A stretch of DNA of 64,000 nucleotides from an uncultured Gemmatimonadaceae bacterium (GCA_963829055.1 CAWHHI010000011.1:544001-608000), one strand, 5' to 3'. Positions 20,711 through 31,809 are shown, counted from the stretch's first letter. A program made the numbers and translations. The notes: a model not told the origin generated them from the letters alone.

Positions 20711-21091
20711 ATGAACACGCTCGCGCATCTTCTCGTCGATCTGCTGTCGACCGCGCCCGGGCTGGTCCCGATCTACCGCGAGCATCTCGCGCTGCATGAC
20801 GCGTTGCACCCGGAGATGTTCATCGCGCAGGTGGCGGCGTGGCTCAGCGGCACCCTGCATGCTGCCGGTGAGCAGACGATTCCAGGTGGCGCTGGTGGCC
20901 ACGTTGCGCGGACGCTCGTCGAGGTGATCGAAACGCACCTGACAACCGGAGACGCGGAGGTCCGCGAGCTCATCGCGCTGACGTTCCTCGACTCGGTAGA
21001 CGCGGGCCCGGCGAACGAGGTCCTCCGACTACACTTCGGACCATCGCTCCGCGCCGAGGTGGCGCGACGCGACGGCTGGTCGGTGAATTGA
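20711..21091 (+). CDS. Hypothetical small helical protein
   Basis: 126 aa ORF with host-like codon usage; no motif I can assign. Confidence 0.65.
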   Translation: MNTLAHLLVDLLSTAPGLVPIYREHLALHDALHPEMFIAQVAAWLSGTLHAAGEQTIPGGAGGHVARTLVEVIETHLTTGDAEVRELIALTFLDSVDAGPANEVLRLHFGPSLRAEVARRDGWSVN

Positions 21092-21108
21092 CTTCAACAA
21101 AAACGTGG

Positions 21109-21267
21109 TGTCATCCCGAGCGTCAGCGAGGGATCTTCTGTGAAGTACTCGTGGCCGGACTGGCCACGATGACGGCAAACAAGATCCCTCGCTGACGCTC
21201 GGGATGACAATTGCTGTCGCTCGGGATGACAGCCGCTCGGGATGACAACCCGTCGCTCGGGATGACA
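21109..21267. repeat. Palindromic element subfamily B with three extra tandem right arms
   Basis: Inverted repeat 21109-21209, then CGCTCGGGATGACA again at about 21218, 21234 and 21254. Confidence 0.92.
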
Positions 21268-21278
21268 TAACGGATCCA

Positions 21279-21980
21279 GTGGCCGACCTCACCAACGCGC
21301 TCGTCTACTACGTCGTCTTCCTGCTCTCCACCACGCTGCACGAGGCGGCGCATGCGTGGGCAGCGGCACGCGGGGGAGATCTGACCGCCTACCACGGCGG
21401 GCAGGTATCGCTCGATCCCATTCCGCACATCCGCCGCGAGCCATTCGGGATGCTCATCCTCCCGCTCGCGAGCGCGCTCATGACCGGGTGGCCGTTCGGG
21501 TACGCCAGCGCGCCGTTCGACCCGCAATGGGCGATGCGCCATCCGAAGCGCGCCGCGCTCATGTCGCTCGCCGGCCCCGGCGCAAACCTGCTGCTCGTCG
21601 TGCTCGCGGCCGCGCTGATCCGTGCCGGCGTCGCCGCCGACGTGTTCTACGCGCCGAGCAGCATCCGCTTCGGCGAGGTCACCGCCAGCAATGCCGAGGG
21701 TGTGTGGCCCGCGCTGGCGGTGATGGTGAGTGCGTTCTTCTCGCTCAACCTGCTGCTGGCGGCGTTCAACCTGCTGCCGTTTCCGCCACTCGACGGCAGC
21801 GGCGCGGTACCGATCCTCCTCAGCGACAACGCTGCTCGCAAATATCAGACGTTCATGTGGAGCAACCGCGCCTTCGGGCTGCTCGGGCTCGTCCTCGCCT
21901 GGCAGTTCTTCAAGTACGTGTTCGACCCTGTGTTCTTCGGCGCGGTCAACCTGCTGTACCCGGGTATGCGCTACGGCTGA
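21279..21980 (+). CDS. Site-2 protease (M50 family)
   Basis: LHEAAH, SLAGPGAN, NLLPFPPLDG; hydrophobic. Confidence 0.92.
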   Translation: MADLTNALVYYVVFLLSTTLHEAAHAWAAARGGDLTAYHGGQVSLDPIPHIRREPFGMLILPLASALMTGWPFGYASAPFDPQWAMRHPKRAALMSLAGPGANLLLVVLAAALIRAGVAADVFYAPSSIRFGEVTASNAEGVWPALAVMVSAFFSLNLLLAAFNLLPFPPLDGSGAVPILLSDNAARKYQTFMWSNRAFGLLGLVLAWQFFKYVFDPVFFGAVNLLYPGMRYG

Positions 21981-22141
21981 CGACAGCGGGCGTTAGGCGC
22001 GCCAACGAGCGCGCGACGTCCGGCGTCCGACGAAAGGCCGATTCACCCCCCAACCATCGTTGGGGTCAAGTCCAGCCATCCGACCAGCCCCGTTGTGAAC
22101 GACGCCAGGCAAATTGCGCGCAGCATTCAACCCATTTGCCC

Positions 22142-22663
22142 ATGTCGCTCATCGCATTTTCACTATTCGCGCTCACGCTCCCGTCCGCCGCACCTAACGC
22201 CGATTCCACACGACGCCTGGTCCGGACGCCGCAACGAATCGTCTCCACCGCCGCCGACTCCGTCCGGCGGAGACCGCCGGCCGCCCGCGAAGGATCTGTC
22301 GACGCGTTGGGCCTCACTCCCGCGACGACAACCACACCGACGACAGCGGCCTCACCATCGCCCCGCGTAGCGAGCTTTTCGTGGCCGGGCGTCTACGACC
22401 TCGTCGGCTCGGGATTTCCAGAGGGCGACCGAATGGCCGTCCTGGAGATTGGCCGGAAGGACACCTCGTACACGCTACAGAAACTCAGCGGACCGCCGGG
22501 GAACGCGACAATATTTCAGGTCACCGGCAATCGGGCGCACATCGTGTGGAACCTCGGCACCGACCTGATGTACGTTGACCTGCGAGGGTCGGGCGACTCC
22601 CTCACCGGCGAGTGGTTCATCGGCGACGAAGGGGGACCGCTGCGGGGCGCTCGGCGACGCTGA
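22142..22663 (+). CDS. Hypothetical exported protein
   Basis: Hydrophobic N-terminus, Thr/Pro linker, beta-rich C-terminal domain (WPGVYDL..LTGEW..LRGARR). Confidence 0.6.
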   Translation: MSLIAFSLFALTLPSAAPNADSTRRLVRTPQRIVSTAADSVRRRPPAAREGSVDALGLTPATTTTPTTAASPSPRVASFSWPGVYDLVGSGFPEGDRMAVLEIGRKDTSYTLQKLSGPPGNATIFQVTGNRAHIVWNLGTDLMYVDLRGSGDSLTGEWFIGDEGGPLRGARRR

Positions 22664-22773
22664 TCGACTCGCGAGACCGGTGACCGTTGCGAGCGAGCGC
22701 GCATCGCACGACCATTCAACCGACGGGCACGCGACTGCGGCGCGCTCGTCGGTTGTGACATTGGAGGACGATC

Positions 22774-23364
22774 ATGGGATGGTGGCGTGATGCAGTCGCA
22801 CGCGCGAAGGAGCAGATGATGATGGAAACTCGAACTATTCGCGGCGTGGCCGTGACGGTGCTCAACACGCGCCCGGACATCGAAACGAGCCGCGTATTCG
22901 AGCGGCTCGACGGCGCGCTCGGCGTCATCGAACGGTATCAGCCACACCGGCTGCGACGATTTCGGCGCGACGTGCGCGGCATCATCGTCAAACGGTTTGC
23001 CTGTCGCGCGGCGTTCTTCGGCGATACACGGCAGTGTCTGATCGAGCTCACGTTCGCGGGCGAGGGGAACTTCTCCGACGCTCAGGTCGCCGCGTCGATC
23101 GTGCACGAAGGTGTACACGCGCGACTCCTCACCATGGGACTCGCCGGTCATCCAGGGTGTCAGGCGCGTGAAGAACGGCTGTGTCGCAAGGCGGAGCTGG
23201 AACTGGGCCTCGCGGTACCGGGCGCCGATGCGGTCGTCGACCGCGCGCTCGCGTCGCTCGAGCTCGACGATCCGGAGGTCGCACCGGCGGTCGACTGGCG
23301 CATCGCCGAGCAGCGCATTGCCGAGGCGGATGCCGCGGCGGCGCGGCGGCGGTCGGACGCGTGA
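22774..23364 (+). CDS. Hypothetical protein with HExxH motif (possible zincin)
   Basis: GGAGG RBS; IVHEGVHARL..EERLC. Confidence 0.65.
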   Translation: MGWWRDAVARAKEQMMMETRTIRGVAVTVLNTRPDIETSRVFERLDGALGVIERYQPHRLRRFRRDVRGIIVKRFACRAAFFGDTRQCLIELTFAGEGNFSDAQVAASIVHEGVHARLLTMGLAGHPGCQAREERLCRKAELELGLAVPGADAVVDRALASLELDDPEVAPAVDWRIAEQRIAEADAAAARRRSDA

Positions 23365-23858
23365 CCGACGTCGCCGTCGACACACGCGCCAACGGGCCGG
23401 ACGATGCGCCCGTCGAGTCGGTGCGCGGCGAGTACACCATCTCGACCGACCGCGCGCGGATCGACGTCCCGGCCGTGCATGCGTTCCTGTCGCAGACGTA
23501 CTGGTCACCGGGCATCCCCGAGTCGGTCGTTAGGCGCGCGATCGCCGGCGCGATCTGCTTCGGCATCTATCACGGGCGCGACCAGGTCGGGTTCGCACGC
23601 GTGATCACCGATCGAGCGACATACGCGTACCTCTCGGACGTCTACGTACTCGAAGCGCATCGCGGACGCGGGCTCGCGAAGTGGCTGATGGACGTCATCA
23701 TGTCGCACCCGTCGCTGCAGGGACTGCGTCGCTTCTCACTCTCGACGCGAGACGCACACGGCTTGTACGCGCAGTTCGGGTTCGAGGTCGTCGGGAATCC
23801 CGATCGGCAGATGGAAATAATGCGGCGCGACATTTACCTGCGTTCGCCCGAGCGTTGA
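23361..23858 (+). CDS. GNAT family N-acetyltransferase
   Basis: QVGFARVITD, YLSDVYV..HRGRGLA, DAHGLYAQFGF. Confidence 0.92.
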   Translation: MTDVAVDTRANGPDDAPVESVRGEYTISTDRARIDVPAVHAFLSQTYWSPGIPESVVRRAIAGAICFGIYHGRDQVGFARVITDRATYAYLSDVYVLEAHRGRGLAKWLMDVIMSHPSLQGLRRFSLSTRDAHGLYAQFGFEVVGNPDRQMEIMRRDIYLRSPER

Positions 23859-24436
23859 CGCGACTGCTCCGAGTGCTCGCGTCGGCCGGGCTCGTCGCGA
23901 TCGCGTCGTGCGCCGCGGCCGCCGAACGCGCCAGCGACTCCACCGACGCCGCGTCCGCCGCGCCCACCACCGCAGTATCCGGAACGCCGCCGGACAGCGC
24001 GACGGTGGTCGCAGCCACCGAGGCGTTGCGCCAATTCCTCGACGCATCCCGGGAAGGTTCATCCACACGTGCATCGCTGGCGCGTCTCACAGCGTGCGCG
24101 GAAGGGAATGACTCGCCGCCCGGCCCCATGCTCGCCTCGTTCGAGTTGTTGCCGAGTACCGCACGCGCCGACACGGTCGTCGGACGCGCCGTCGTAACTA
24201 CCGTCGCCGATCAGGATGTGGATCGCCAGCATCCCGGGTACTTCGTGGCGCGATTGCGCGTGCGATCGGACACACTCGAGTGGGACGTGCTGCGCTCCGA
24301 ATCGGGCGACTGGACGGTGTGCAACGGCCTGCGGTTCGGACTCACGGCGCCGGACAGCCTCACGACGTGGCGGCCTAACGGCGCGTCATCAGCGGCGGCG
24401 CGCGCGCTCGCCGACTCGGTCGGCGCTCGCCGCTGA
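23855..24436 (+). CDS. Hypothetical lipoprotein
   Basis: TTG start overlapping upstream stop; signal with IASC lipobox-like motif. Confidence 0.6.
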   Translation: MTRLLRVLASAGLVAIASCAAAAERASDSTDAASAAPTTAVSGTPPDSATVVAATEALRQFLDASREGSSTRASLARLTACAEGNDSPPGPMLASFELLPSTARADTVVGRAVVTTVADQDVDRQHPGYFVARLRVRSDTLEWDVLRSESGDWTVCNGLRFGLTAPDSLTTWRPNGASSAAARALADSVGARR

Positions 24437-24444
24437 TCGCTCGT

Positions 24445-25062
24445 ATGTCGCCCCGAGCTCGCACCGTGTCCGACGCGACGATCCTCGTCGCGACCGCCCG
24501 CATGATCTCTCGCGTCGGGCCGGCACGCCTAACGCTGGCGGATGTCGGCGATGAAGTCGGCCTCGCGCCGGCAACGCTGCTCCAGCGGTTCGGCTCGAAA
24601 CGCGGGCTGCTCATCGCGCTCGTCCAGCAGACGCTGGAATCCGTTGATGACTCGTTCACTTCCGTGCGTGCATCGCGGCACAGTGCGCTCGACGCCGCAA
24701 TCGCGGCGGCGGGGACCATGGCGGAGCACGTCCGCACGCCGGAGGAGTTGGCGAACAACCTCGCCTTCTTCCAGATCGACCTCAGCGATGCCGAATTCCA
24801 TCGACTCGCGCTGGAGCACTCTCGTCGCGTGCGGGCGGGCTATCAGGCGCTTCTACAGGAGGCGATCACCGTGGGCGAGCTGATCGAGTGCGACGCCGGA
24901 GCGCTGGCGAGCGCGTTGCAGGCGGTTGCCGCCGGCTCCCTGCTCAACTGGGCGATCCACCGCGATGGCCCAGTGGCCGATTGGGTGCGAGCCGACATCG
25001 AAACGCTGATCACGCCGTATCGCGCCGCCACCGTGACGCCGGCGCTGACACGACGCCGCTGA
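24445..25062 (+). CDS. TetR/AcrR family regulator
   Basis: LTLADVGDEVGLAPATLLQRFGSKRGLL helix-turn-helix. Confidence 0.9.
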   Translation: MSPRARTVSDATILVATARMISRVGPARLTLADVGDEVGLAPATLLQRFGSKRGLLIALVQQTLESVDDSFTSVRASRHSALDAAIAAAGTMAEHVRTPEELANNLAFFQIDLSDAEFHRLALEHSRRVRAGYQALLQEAITVGELIECDAGALASALQAVAAGSLLNWAIHRDGPVADWVRADIETLITPYRAATVTPALTRRR

Positions 25063-25066
25063 TGTC

Positions 25067-27136
25067 TCAGTTCGGCTTGATTGGGAATTCGGGCTTGCGT
25101 ATCGCCATCGAGTCGACCGAGACGGGGCGCCAATCGACCTGGTCGAGCGCGGCGACCGTCGACGACACGAGGTCCGCGAGACCAGCCATCGGGTTTTGCA
25201 TGTCGATTGGCTTGCTCTCGACCACACGCAAGACGCGATTCCGCTGCACGTCGAACAGCTGCAGCTGCAGCACGATGGCAGAGTCGGAGCGCGGGTAGTA
25301 CAGGCCTGTCATGACCGCGCCTGCTCCTACGGCACGCGCGAGTGCCATGCGCGTCCGCGATGCATAGAAGCGCGGATCGGTGAGCGTCGCCGCGTCGACG
25401 GCGTCATAGCCCGGTCGTGCCGCTATGGCGCGACGGAGACTGTCGGAGATGGCCAACGCCACGCCCGCGAGGTCGCGTCGCAGCGTCGAGTTGCGCGCGG
25501 CACCGATCAGCACACGCCGGACGCCCGGCGGCGGCGGTGGCACGGGCGGCGTTTCCGACGGCGCGATGCGATACACCGTCGCCCCGGGGGCGTTAGGGTC
25601 GGGCACCGGGCGCGGACCGCCAGCGGCACCGGGCACGCCCGTGACTCCTGGAACGTTAGGCATTGTCGCCGACATCCTCGCCAACTCGCGGAACTTCTCG
25701 ATCTCCTTCGGATCGAAGCCGGGTGGCATCTCGCCGCGCCGTTCGCCGCGCCGCAGCGCTCCGACGATTCGCATCAGCGAATCGCTCAGCGCCTTTTCGA
25801 AGCGCAGCGACAACGAATCCGCGAGCGCGCGCTCGCCTTTCGCCACCTGCGAATCACGCCGCGCCGTCACGCGCTTGCGGATCGCGTCGGCGATCGCCAG
25901 CGACTCCGCACGCGTGAGCACGATCGGCGCCCGTGCGGCCGAGTCGGCGAACGGACGGGTCGAGGCACCGCTCGGCACTGGCACCGTGGCGGTGGCGGGA
26001 GCCGTCGCCGTGGCGGTCACCGACGCCGCCGCGCCGGTCCCGCTGCGGCGCCACGTGCCTAACGCCACAGCGACGCCGCCAACGACCACCAGCAGCGCGC
26101 CGGCAACGAGCGCGCGTCGTTGTCCAGCCGCGCGTGCCGCCGGCCCCTTCGCGGTCACCGCGCCGGACCCCACCGTACCTCCGGGTGGCGTAGACACCCC
26201 ATCCAGCTCGTCCAGCAGCGCGTTCGCCGTCTGCGGACGATGCTCGGGCAGCTTCTCCAGGCACCGCATGATCACCGCCGACAGTGCCGGCGGCACATCG
26301 TCGCGGATCGTGTCGAGCGGGTCGGGAACGCGCGTGAGCTGCGCCGCCATCGTCGCCTGCGGTGAGGTCCCGACGAACGGCGATTGCCCCGACAGCAGCT
26401 CGTACGCGAGCAACCCGACCGCGTAGATGTCGATGCGATGGTCCGCCGCCGGATCGGCCGCGAGTTGCTCGGGTGCCATGTACGCCGGGGTGCCGATGGC
26501 CATCCCCGCCGACGTCATCCCCGACACTGGCATCGCCGCGCTGAGCGCCTTGGCGACACCGAAGTCGGTGACGAGCGCGTGAGCGCCGCGCGCATCGCCT
26601 GTGTACCCGGCGAGCAGGATGTTGCCCGGTTTGATGTCGCGGTGTACGACGCCTCGACCATGCGCATACGCGAGCGCGCCGACCACGTCGTGCAGGATCC
26701 GCAGCACCTCACGCACCGGAAGCCGGCCACGGCGCACGATCGCCGCGCGCAACGACTCGCCCTCGATGAACGGCATCGTGTAGTACAGCAGCTCGCCTTC
26801 AGTCGCCGCGCCCGACGTGATGCTGGTCGCGCGCGACTGTGCGGTCACGTCGTCGGCGGCGGGAGGTGCGTCAGACGACGGGATTCTGCCGGCTGAGAGC
26901 AGCGGGACGATGTGCGGATGCTGGAGCTGCGCCGCGACCTGGATCTCACGCTGGAAGCGCTCGCGGTTCACACCCGCCGAGAGCTCGGGCGGCAGCACTT
27001 TGATGACGACCTTCCGGCCGAGCGCGTGTTCGGTCGCGGCAAAGACGCGACTCATGCCGGCTCCAACCAGCTCGTCGTCTATCCGGTAGGTGGCAGCGAG
27101 CGCTGCGGCGAGGCGGTCGCGGAAGTAGTCGGTCAC
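25067..27136 (-). CDS. Hanks-type Ser/Thr protein kinase, single TM, Pro-rich extracytoplasmic part
   Basis: VIK, HRDIKPGN, DFG, GTPAYMAPEQ, DIYAVG motifs. Confidence 0.93.
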   Translation of the reverse strand: MTDYFRDRLAAALAATYRIDDELVGAGMSRVFAATEHALGRKVVIKVLPPELSAGVNRERFQREIQVAAQLQHPHIVPLLSAGRIPSSDAPPAADDVTAQSRATSITSGAATEGELLYYTMPFIEGESLRAAIVRRGRLPVREVLRILHDVVGALAYAHGRGVVHRDIKPGNILLAGYTGDARGAHALVTDFGVAKALSAAMPVSGMTSAGMAIGTPAYMAPEQLAADPAADHRIDIYAVGLLAYELLSGQSPFVGTSPQATMAAQLTRVPDPLDTIRDDVPPALSAVIMRCLEKLPEHRPQTANALLDELDGVSTPPGGTVGSGAVTAKGPAARAAGQRRALVAGALLVVVGGVAVALGTWRRSGTGAAASVTATATAPATATVPVPSGASTRPFADSAARAPIVLTRAESLAIADAIRKRVTARRDSQVAKGERALADSLSLRFEKALSDSLMRIVGALRRGERRGEMPPGFDPKEIEKFRELARMSATMPNVPGVTGVPGAAGGPRPVPDPNAPGATVYRIAPSETPPVPPPPPGVRRVLIGAARNSTLRRDLAGVALAISDSLRRAIAARPGYDAVDAATLTDPRFYASRTRMALARAVGAGAVMTGLYYPRSDSAIVLQLQLFDVQRNRVLRVVESKPIDMQNPMAGLADLVSSTVAALDQVDWRPVSVDSMAIRKPEFPIKPN

Positions 27137-27503
27137 GTCGGACGGCGGGGCTCCGGGCGTAGCGCGAAGAAAGTGGAAGTTATCCGGTGTCGGCGTCGCG
27201 CGTAACGCCACGGGCGACCGCACATCCCTCGGACACATCGGGCCGTCCCATCGGTTCGTCGCTGAAGTTTTCGTAACGCATTCATTACCGTTCCCACACC
27301 CAGACGTGGCACCAATGCACCAGCTAATGGGTATGGTGTAGCTACGGGCGGATTATTCCCGGCATTCATGACGACGAGGGAAACGCTTCTGGCTCGAAGA
27401 TGATCTAATCTTCGAGCAACCTGAGCCAGTTTCCCGCGTTTGCGGGGAAGGAGTGGGCCGGCGGGTAGTCTGCAGCGTGACCTTGGTCTCGGAGCACGAG
27501 TTC

Positions 27504-30500
27504 GTGACACTGGCGGGCGAGTTGCGCGAGCAATTGCAGAGTTCCCTGGGCGACGTATTCGCCATCGAGCGTGAGCTCGGTGGCGGGGGAATGAGCCGCG
27601 TATTCCTCGCCCGCGAGCTCGCGCTGGACCGTCAGGTCGTCATCAAGGTCCTGCACCCCGAGCTCGCCGGCGTGAACGTGGACCGGTTCCGTCGCGAGAT
27701 CCAGGTCGTCGCCCAACTGCAGCACCCGCACATCGTTCCGGTGCTCGCGGCCGGCGATACGCTCGGCATCCTGTACTTCACGATGCCGTACATCGACGGC
27801 GAGTCGCTCCGGGCGTGGCTGGTGCGGGAGTCACGACTGCCGGTCGATGACGTCGTCCGGATCCTCCACGACGTCGCCGATGCGCTCGCGTACGCGCACG
27901 AGCGCGGCGTCGTGCACCGCGACATCAAGCCGGACAACGTGCTTGTCAGCCGCCGGCATGCGATGGTCACGGACTTCGGTGTCGCGAAGGCGCTGACCGT
28001 AGCGGCACACGGGGCCGGCGATGACCCGAGCAACGAGCCGTCGATCTCCACGACCACCGGTAGCGGGCTCGCGATCGGAACGCCCGCGTACATGGCGCCC
28101 GAACAGGCGGCGGGCGACCCGTCGACCGACCATCGCGCTGACATCTACGCCTTCGGCGTGCTCGCCTACGAGCTCCTCGCTGGCCGCCCGCCGTTCACGG
28201 GTCGGCGGCCGAGCGAGATTCTCGCGGCGCACATCGCCGAATTGCCGCAACCGATCGAGACGCTCCGCGCCGATCTGCCGCCCGCGTTGTCGGCGTTGGT
28301 GATGAGCTGTCTGGCGAAGCGGCCGATCGATCGGCCGCGCTCCGCAGTGGATGTCCGCGCGACGCTCGAGTCGTTGGCGACTCCGGGTGCCGGCACCGTG
28401 GTCAGCCCAACCGTCCGTCGCCGGCGCGCGGCCAGGCGAGCTGTCGGCATCACGGTCGCCGTGGCGTTGACACTGGTGGCGACGGCGGTCGCGTACTCAC
28501 GGCGTCAGGCCGAACGACCGCCGGTAGACGAGGGCCTCGTCGCCGTGGCGCCGTTCCGCGTCGCGAGTCGAGACGCGTCGCTGCGCTACCTGCGTGAGGG
28601 CATGCTCGACCTGCTCTCGGCCAAACTCACGGGAACCACGGGGCCTCGATCGGCCGACCCGCGATCGCTGCTCACGGCATGGCGTCGCGAGGCCGGCGCC
28701 GACTCGGCCGACCTGTCGCGCGCGCGCGCACTCGAGGTGGCCGAAGCGTTAGGCGCCGGCCAGCTGCTCATCGGTGATGTCACGGGGGACTCGTCGCATA
28801 TCACGCTCCAGGCCGTGCTCGTGCGTGTGCGTGACGGACGGGCGTTGGCACCGGCGAAAGTGGAAGGCGACCCGGACAGCCTGCCGAAGCTCGTCGACAT
28901 GCTGACCGCGCAGCTGCTGACGACGGATGCCGGCGAGGACGATCGTCTGGCGACGCTCACGAGTACGTCACTGCCGGCGCTTCGCTCGTTCCTCAACGGG
29001 CAGTGGCTCTACCGGCGCGGCCGGTATCGCGATGCGGCACAGGCATACTCCGCGGCCGTCGATCTCGACACGACGTTCGCGCTCGCCGCGCTACGCCTGG
29101 CGAGCGCCAGCAACTGGTTTGGTGTCCCCGGCCTCCGCGAAAAGGGCCTGCGACTCGCGTGGGCTGGGCGCGAGCGACTGGATCCGCGAGATCGCGCGCT
29201 GCTCGACGCAACGGCGGGACCGAACTATCCGTCGGCGTCGAGCTATCTCGACATCATGAAGGCGAAAGAGCGGTACGTCACGCTCGCGCCCGACCGCGCT
29301 GACGCGTGGTTCGAGCTTGGCGACGGGCTGTTTCACTTCGGCGCCGTCGTGGGCTACGCGGATTCCGACACACGCGCCGCCGACGCGTTCAAGCGAGCGT
29401 TGGCGCTCGACTCGACGTATGCACCCGCGGCCGAGCATCTCGTTGTTGATCGAGGCGCATCAAGGGGACACGGGCTCGGTGCGCCAGTTGGGCCAGCATT
29501 TCCTGGCGATCGACCCGGCGAGCGAGAACGCCGACGGCGTTCGCTGGCGCATGGCCGTCGCGTTAGGCGACTCGGCATCCCTGGCGGCGATCACACGCCG
29601 GCGTGACACGCTGACGCCGATCAGCGCGCACACGATGGCGTACATGAGCCAGCTCGACGCCGTCGATCTCGATCGTGCGCAGCGCGTTGCTGAGGCGGCG
29701 GTCGAGAACGCGCGCGCGGCGGGTGACAAGTACGCCGCGCTGGTGAGCGCGCATGACCTCGCCCTCAATCGCGGGCGGCCGTCGGCGGCGGTGGTGGCGA
29801 CGGCGCGGAGCCGCGATGTGGCCGTGACGAGTGCGCGCGTGTACCTGCGCGAGCGCATCCGGGACGCGCTGTACTGGGATGGCGACAGCACAGCCGCGGT
29901 CGCCGCGGCGCACGAGCTGGAGCGGACCGCGTTCGGCGCGGCGCCGGAGAAGCCGGCGGATCGTTATGCGCAGCTCGTGGACCTCTGTAACGTGGAGCTG
30001 TGGCGCGCGGGGCACGGCGATGCGCGCACGGTAGCGGGCAGCATCGCGCGACTGCGGCGGGTGTCGGCGTCGTCGGAGGACGCGGGGATCACGGCATTCG
30101 CGCACGCGTGCGCGACGCTGCTGGACGCGGTGGCGGCGACGAGCAGTGGTCGCGCCGATGCGCCAGTCGCGGTCGCGAAGCTCGACTCGATGCTTCGTAC
30201 GGGACCTGGCGGGTTCGTGCAGGATGCTGGGAACCTGATGCTCGCGCGACTCAAGGAGCGCCGCGGCGACGTGCGTGGCGCGTTGGCGGCGGTGCGTCGT
30301 CGCGAGACGTTCCTCACGCGTCCACTCTATCTGTCGACGTTCCTGCGCGAGGAGGGCCGTCTGGCGGCGCTGGCGGGGGAGAACGACGCGGCGATCGAGG
30401 CCTACCGCCACTACCTGACACTGCGCGCGGCGCCGGAGCCGCCGCTCAGGTCAGAGGTGGAGTACGTGCGTGATGAGCTCGGGAAGCTCGAGCGCGCGAA

Positions 30501-30516
30501 CGGCGCGAAAGAATAA
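27504..30516 (+). CDS. Hanks-type Ser/Thr kinase with TolB-like/TPR region; frameshift near 29443
   Basis: GGGGMS, HRDIKPDN, DFG, APE motifs; TPR-like repeats continue in ORF 29317-30516. Confidence 0.9.
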
Positions 30517-30555
30517 GCCATCAGCCATCAGCCATCAGCCATCAGCCATCAGCCA
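30516..30555. repeat. 7-bp tandem repeat (AGCCATC), 5 full units plus a partial
   Basis: Perfect array starting at the kinase stop codon. Confidence 0.95.
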
Positions 30556-30561
30556 CGGCGT

Positions 30562-30660
30562 TGTCATCCCGAGCGGCAGCGAGGGATCTTCTCGAACGGC
30601 ATCGTAGCCGAATTGGCCACGAGAACCGTCAGAAGATCCCTCGCTGCGCTCGGGATGACA
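30562..30660. repeat. Palindromic element subfamily B
   Basis: tgtcatcccgagcggcagcgagggatcttct..agaagatccctcgctgcgctcgggatgaca. Confidence 0.93.
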
Positions 30661-30668
30661 CGCCGTTT

Positions 30669-30736
30669 CTCCGCCCTCCGCCGTCCGCCTCCGCCGTCCG
30701 CCCGCCGCCGTCCTCCTCCTTCCTACGGCCTCCTTC
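30669..30736. repeat. Degenerate 7-bp tandem repeat (CCGTCCG/CCCTCCG)
   Basis: Same family in reverse at 47184-47210 and 15905-15938. Confidence 0.7.
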
Positions 30737-31671
30737 CTAAGGCCTGGCGGGTAGACTCGCCTTCCCGGTCGCGAACTCGAAGTGGCTACCGGACGGGAGA
30801 ACGTGCAGGCGGACGTCGGTCGCGCCTAACGTCGATTTGTCCGGTGTGACCGCCGCGTGTCTCGCGTCGTAGATCACCGCCTGCGACGCGCCAATGACGT
30901 CCCACGCACCGCCGGGCGACACCACGATCGCCGTCGATTCGTCAATGCCGACGCCGACGAAATTCGGGCGCTCCAGCACGACGCTGATGAGCCGGTTGTG
31001 CCGGCGGCGACGCAGGAAGTGCTGATCCACCGTCACGTTAGGCGGCAGGAAGCCGAAGCCGGGGACGAGCACGACGTCCTCGCGATCGATCGTCATCCAG
31101 CCGTCGCTCGAGTCACTCGGCGGGCGAGCACCACCGGGACGCCGTTCGTCACCGCTGATCATCGGATCCGACATCACCGCCGCGCCAGCCGACGTACCGC
31201 CGACAACGGCGCCGTGCCGGAAGCGCGAGCGAATCGAATCGAGAACGGCCGTTCCGAGGATCGCGGCGGTCAGGCGGCTCTGATCGCCGCCGGGGAACCA
31301 GATCCCAGTCGCCTGGCCGAGCAGTCGCGCGATGGAGTCGGCGCCAGTGTCGTTTCGCGCAAGGTTGAGCGACACGGCCTGCGCCGCACCAAGCTTCCGA
31401 AAATCAGCCGCCTTCTCGGCTCCCGACTCCGTGCCGGATTCGCTCGCCATCGGGAACACGACGATGCGCGCCTTCCCTGCTCCACCGGCGAGGTCGAGGA
31501 ATCGGCGATTCACGACCTCCGGAATCGGCCCGCCGCCGACGACGACGAGGTGACCGACTTGGGGACTCGGGGACTGGGGATTGGGGATTGGCGCAGACGG
31601 CACCGTTAGGCGCGGCCGAAGCACAGCCGGCGAGAAGCGACTACGGTAGCGAGTCGGATCAGGCGACGCAT
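30737..31671 (-). CDS. cphB: Cyanophycinase-like S51 peptidase, probably a lipoprotein; two indels in the 5' end
   Basis: GGDQSRL, GTSAGA, DQHF..R.NRL, GIDESTA; ATG at 31671 gives MRRLIRLATV..LLAGC after removing one base, and removing the extra base at 31568 rejoins the catalytic frame. Confidence 0.82.
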
Positions 31672-31673
31672 GC

Positions 31674-31803
31674 TGGGAACTGGGAACGGGAAACCGGGAA
31701 CGGAGACTACCAGCCGCTGGTTGCTGGGTGGTCATGCTGGGTGACGCTGGGTGCCGCTGAGTGCTGCTGAGCTGATGGCTGATGGCTACTGGCTGATAGC
31801 TGC
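31674..31803. repeat. Stack of repeats: GGGAACT-type heptamers, GCTGGTTGCTGGGTG element, GCTGATG heptamers
   Basis: 31674-31703, 31716-31755 and 31771-31803 respectively. Confidence 0.8.
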
Positions 31804-31809
31804 TTGGTG

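Noticed and set aside
21196..21267. CRISPR array
   Set aside because: Repeats are 14 bp with spacers of only a few bases, are arms of the palindromic family, and no cas genes are present.
20633..25062. Integron cassette array (GTTAGGC/GCCTAAC equal attC core sites; run of small co-oriented genes)
   Set aside because: Motifs are mostly intragenic and do not form paired attC hairpins after genes, several genes overlap operon-style, and no integron integrase is present.
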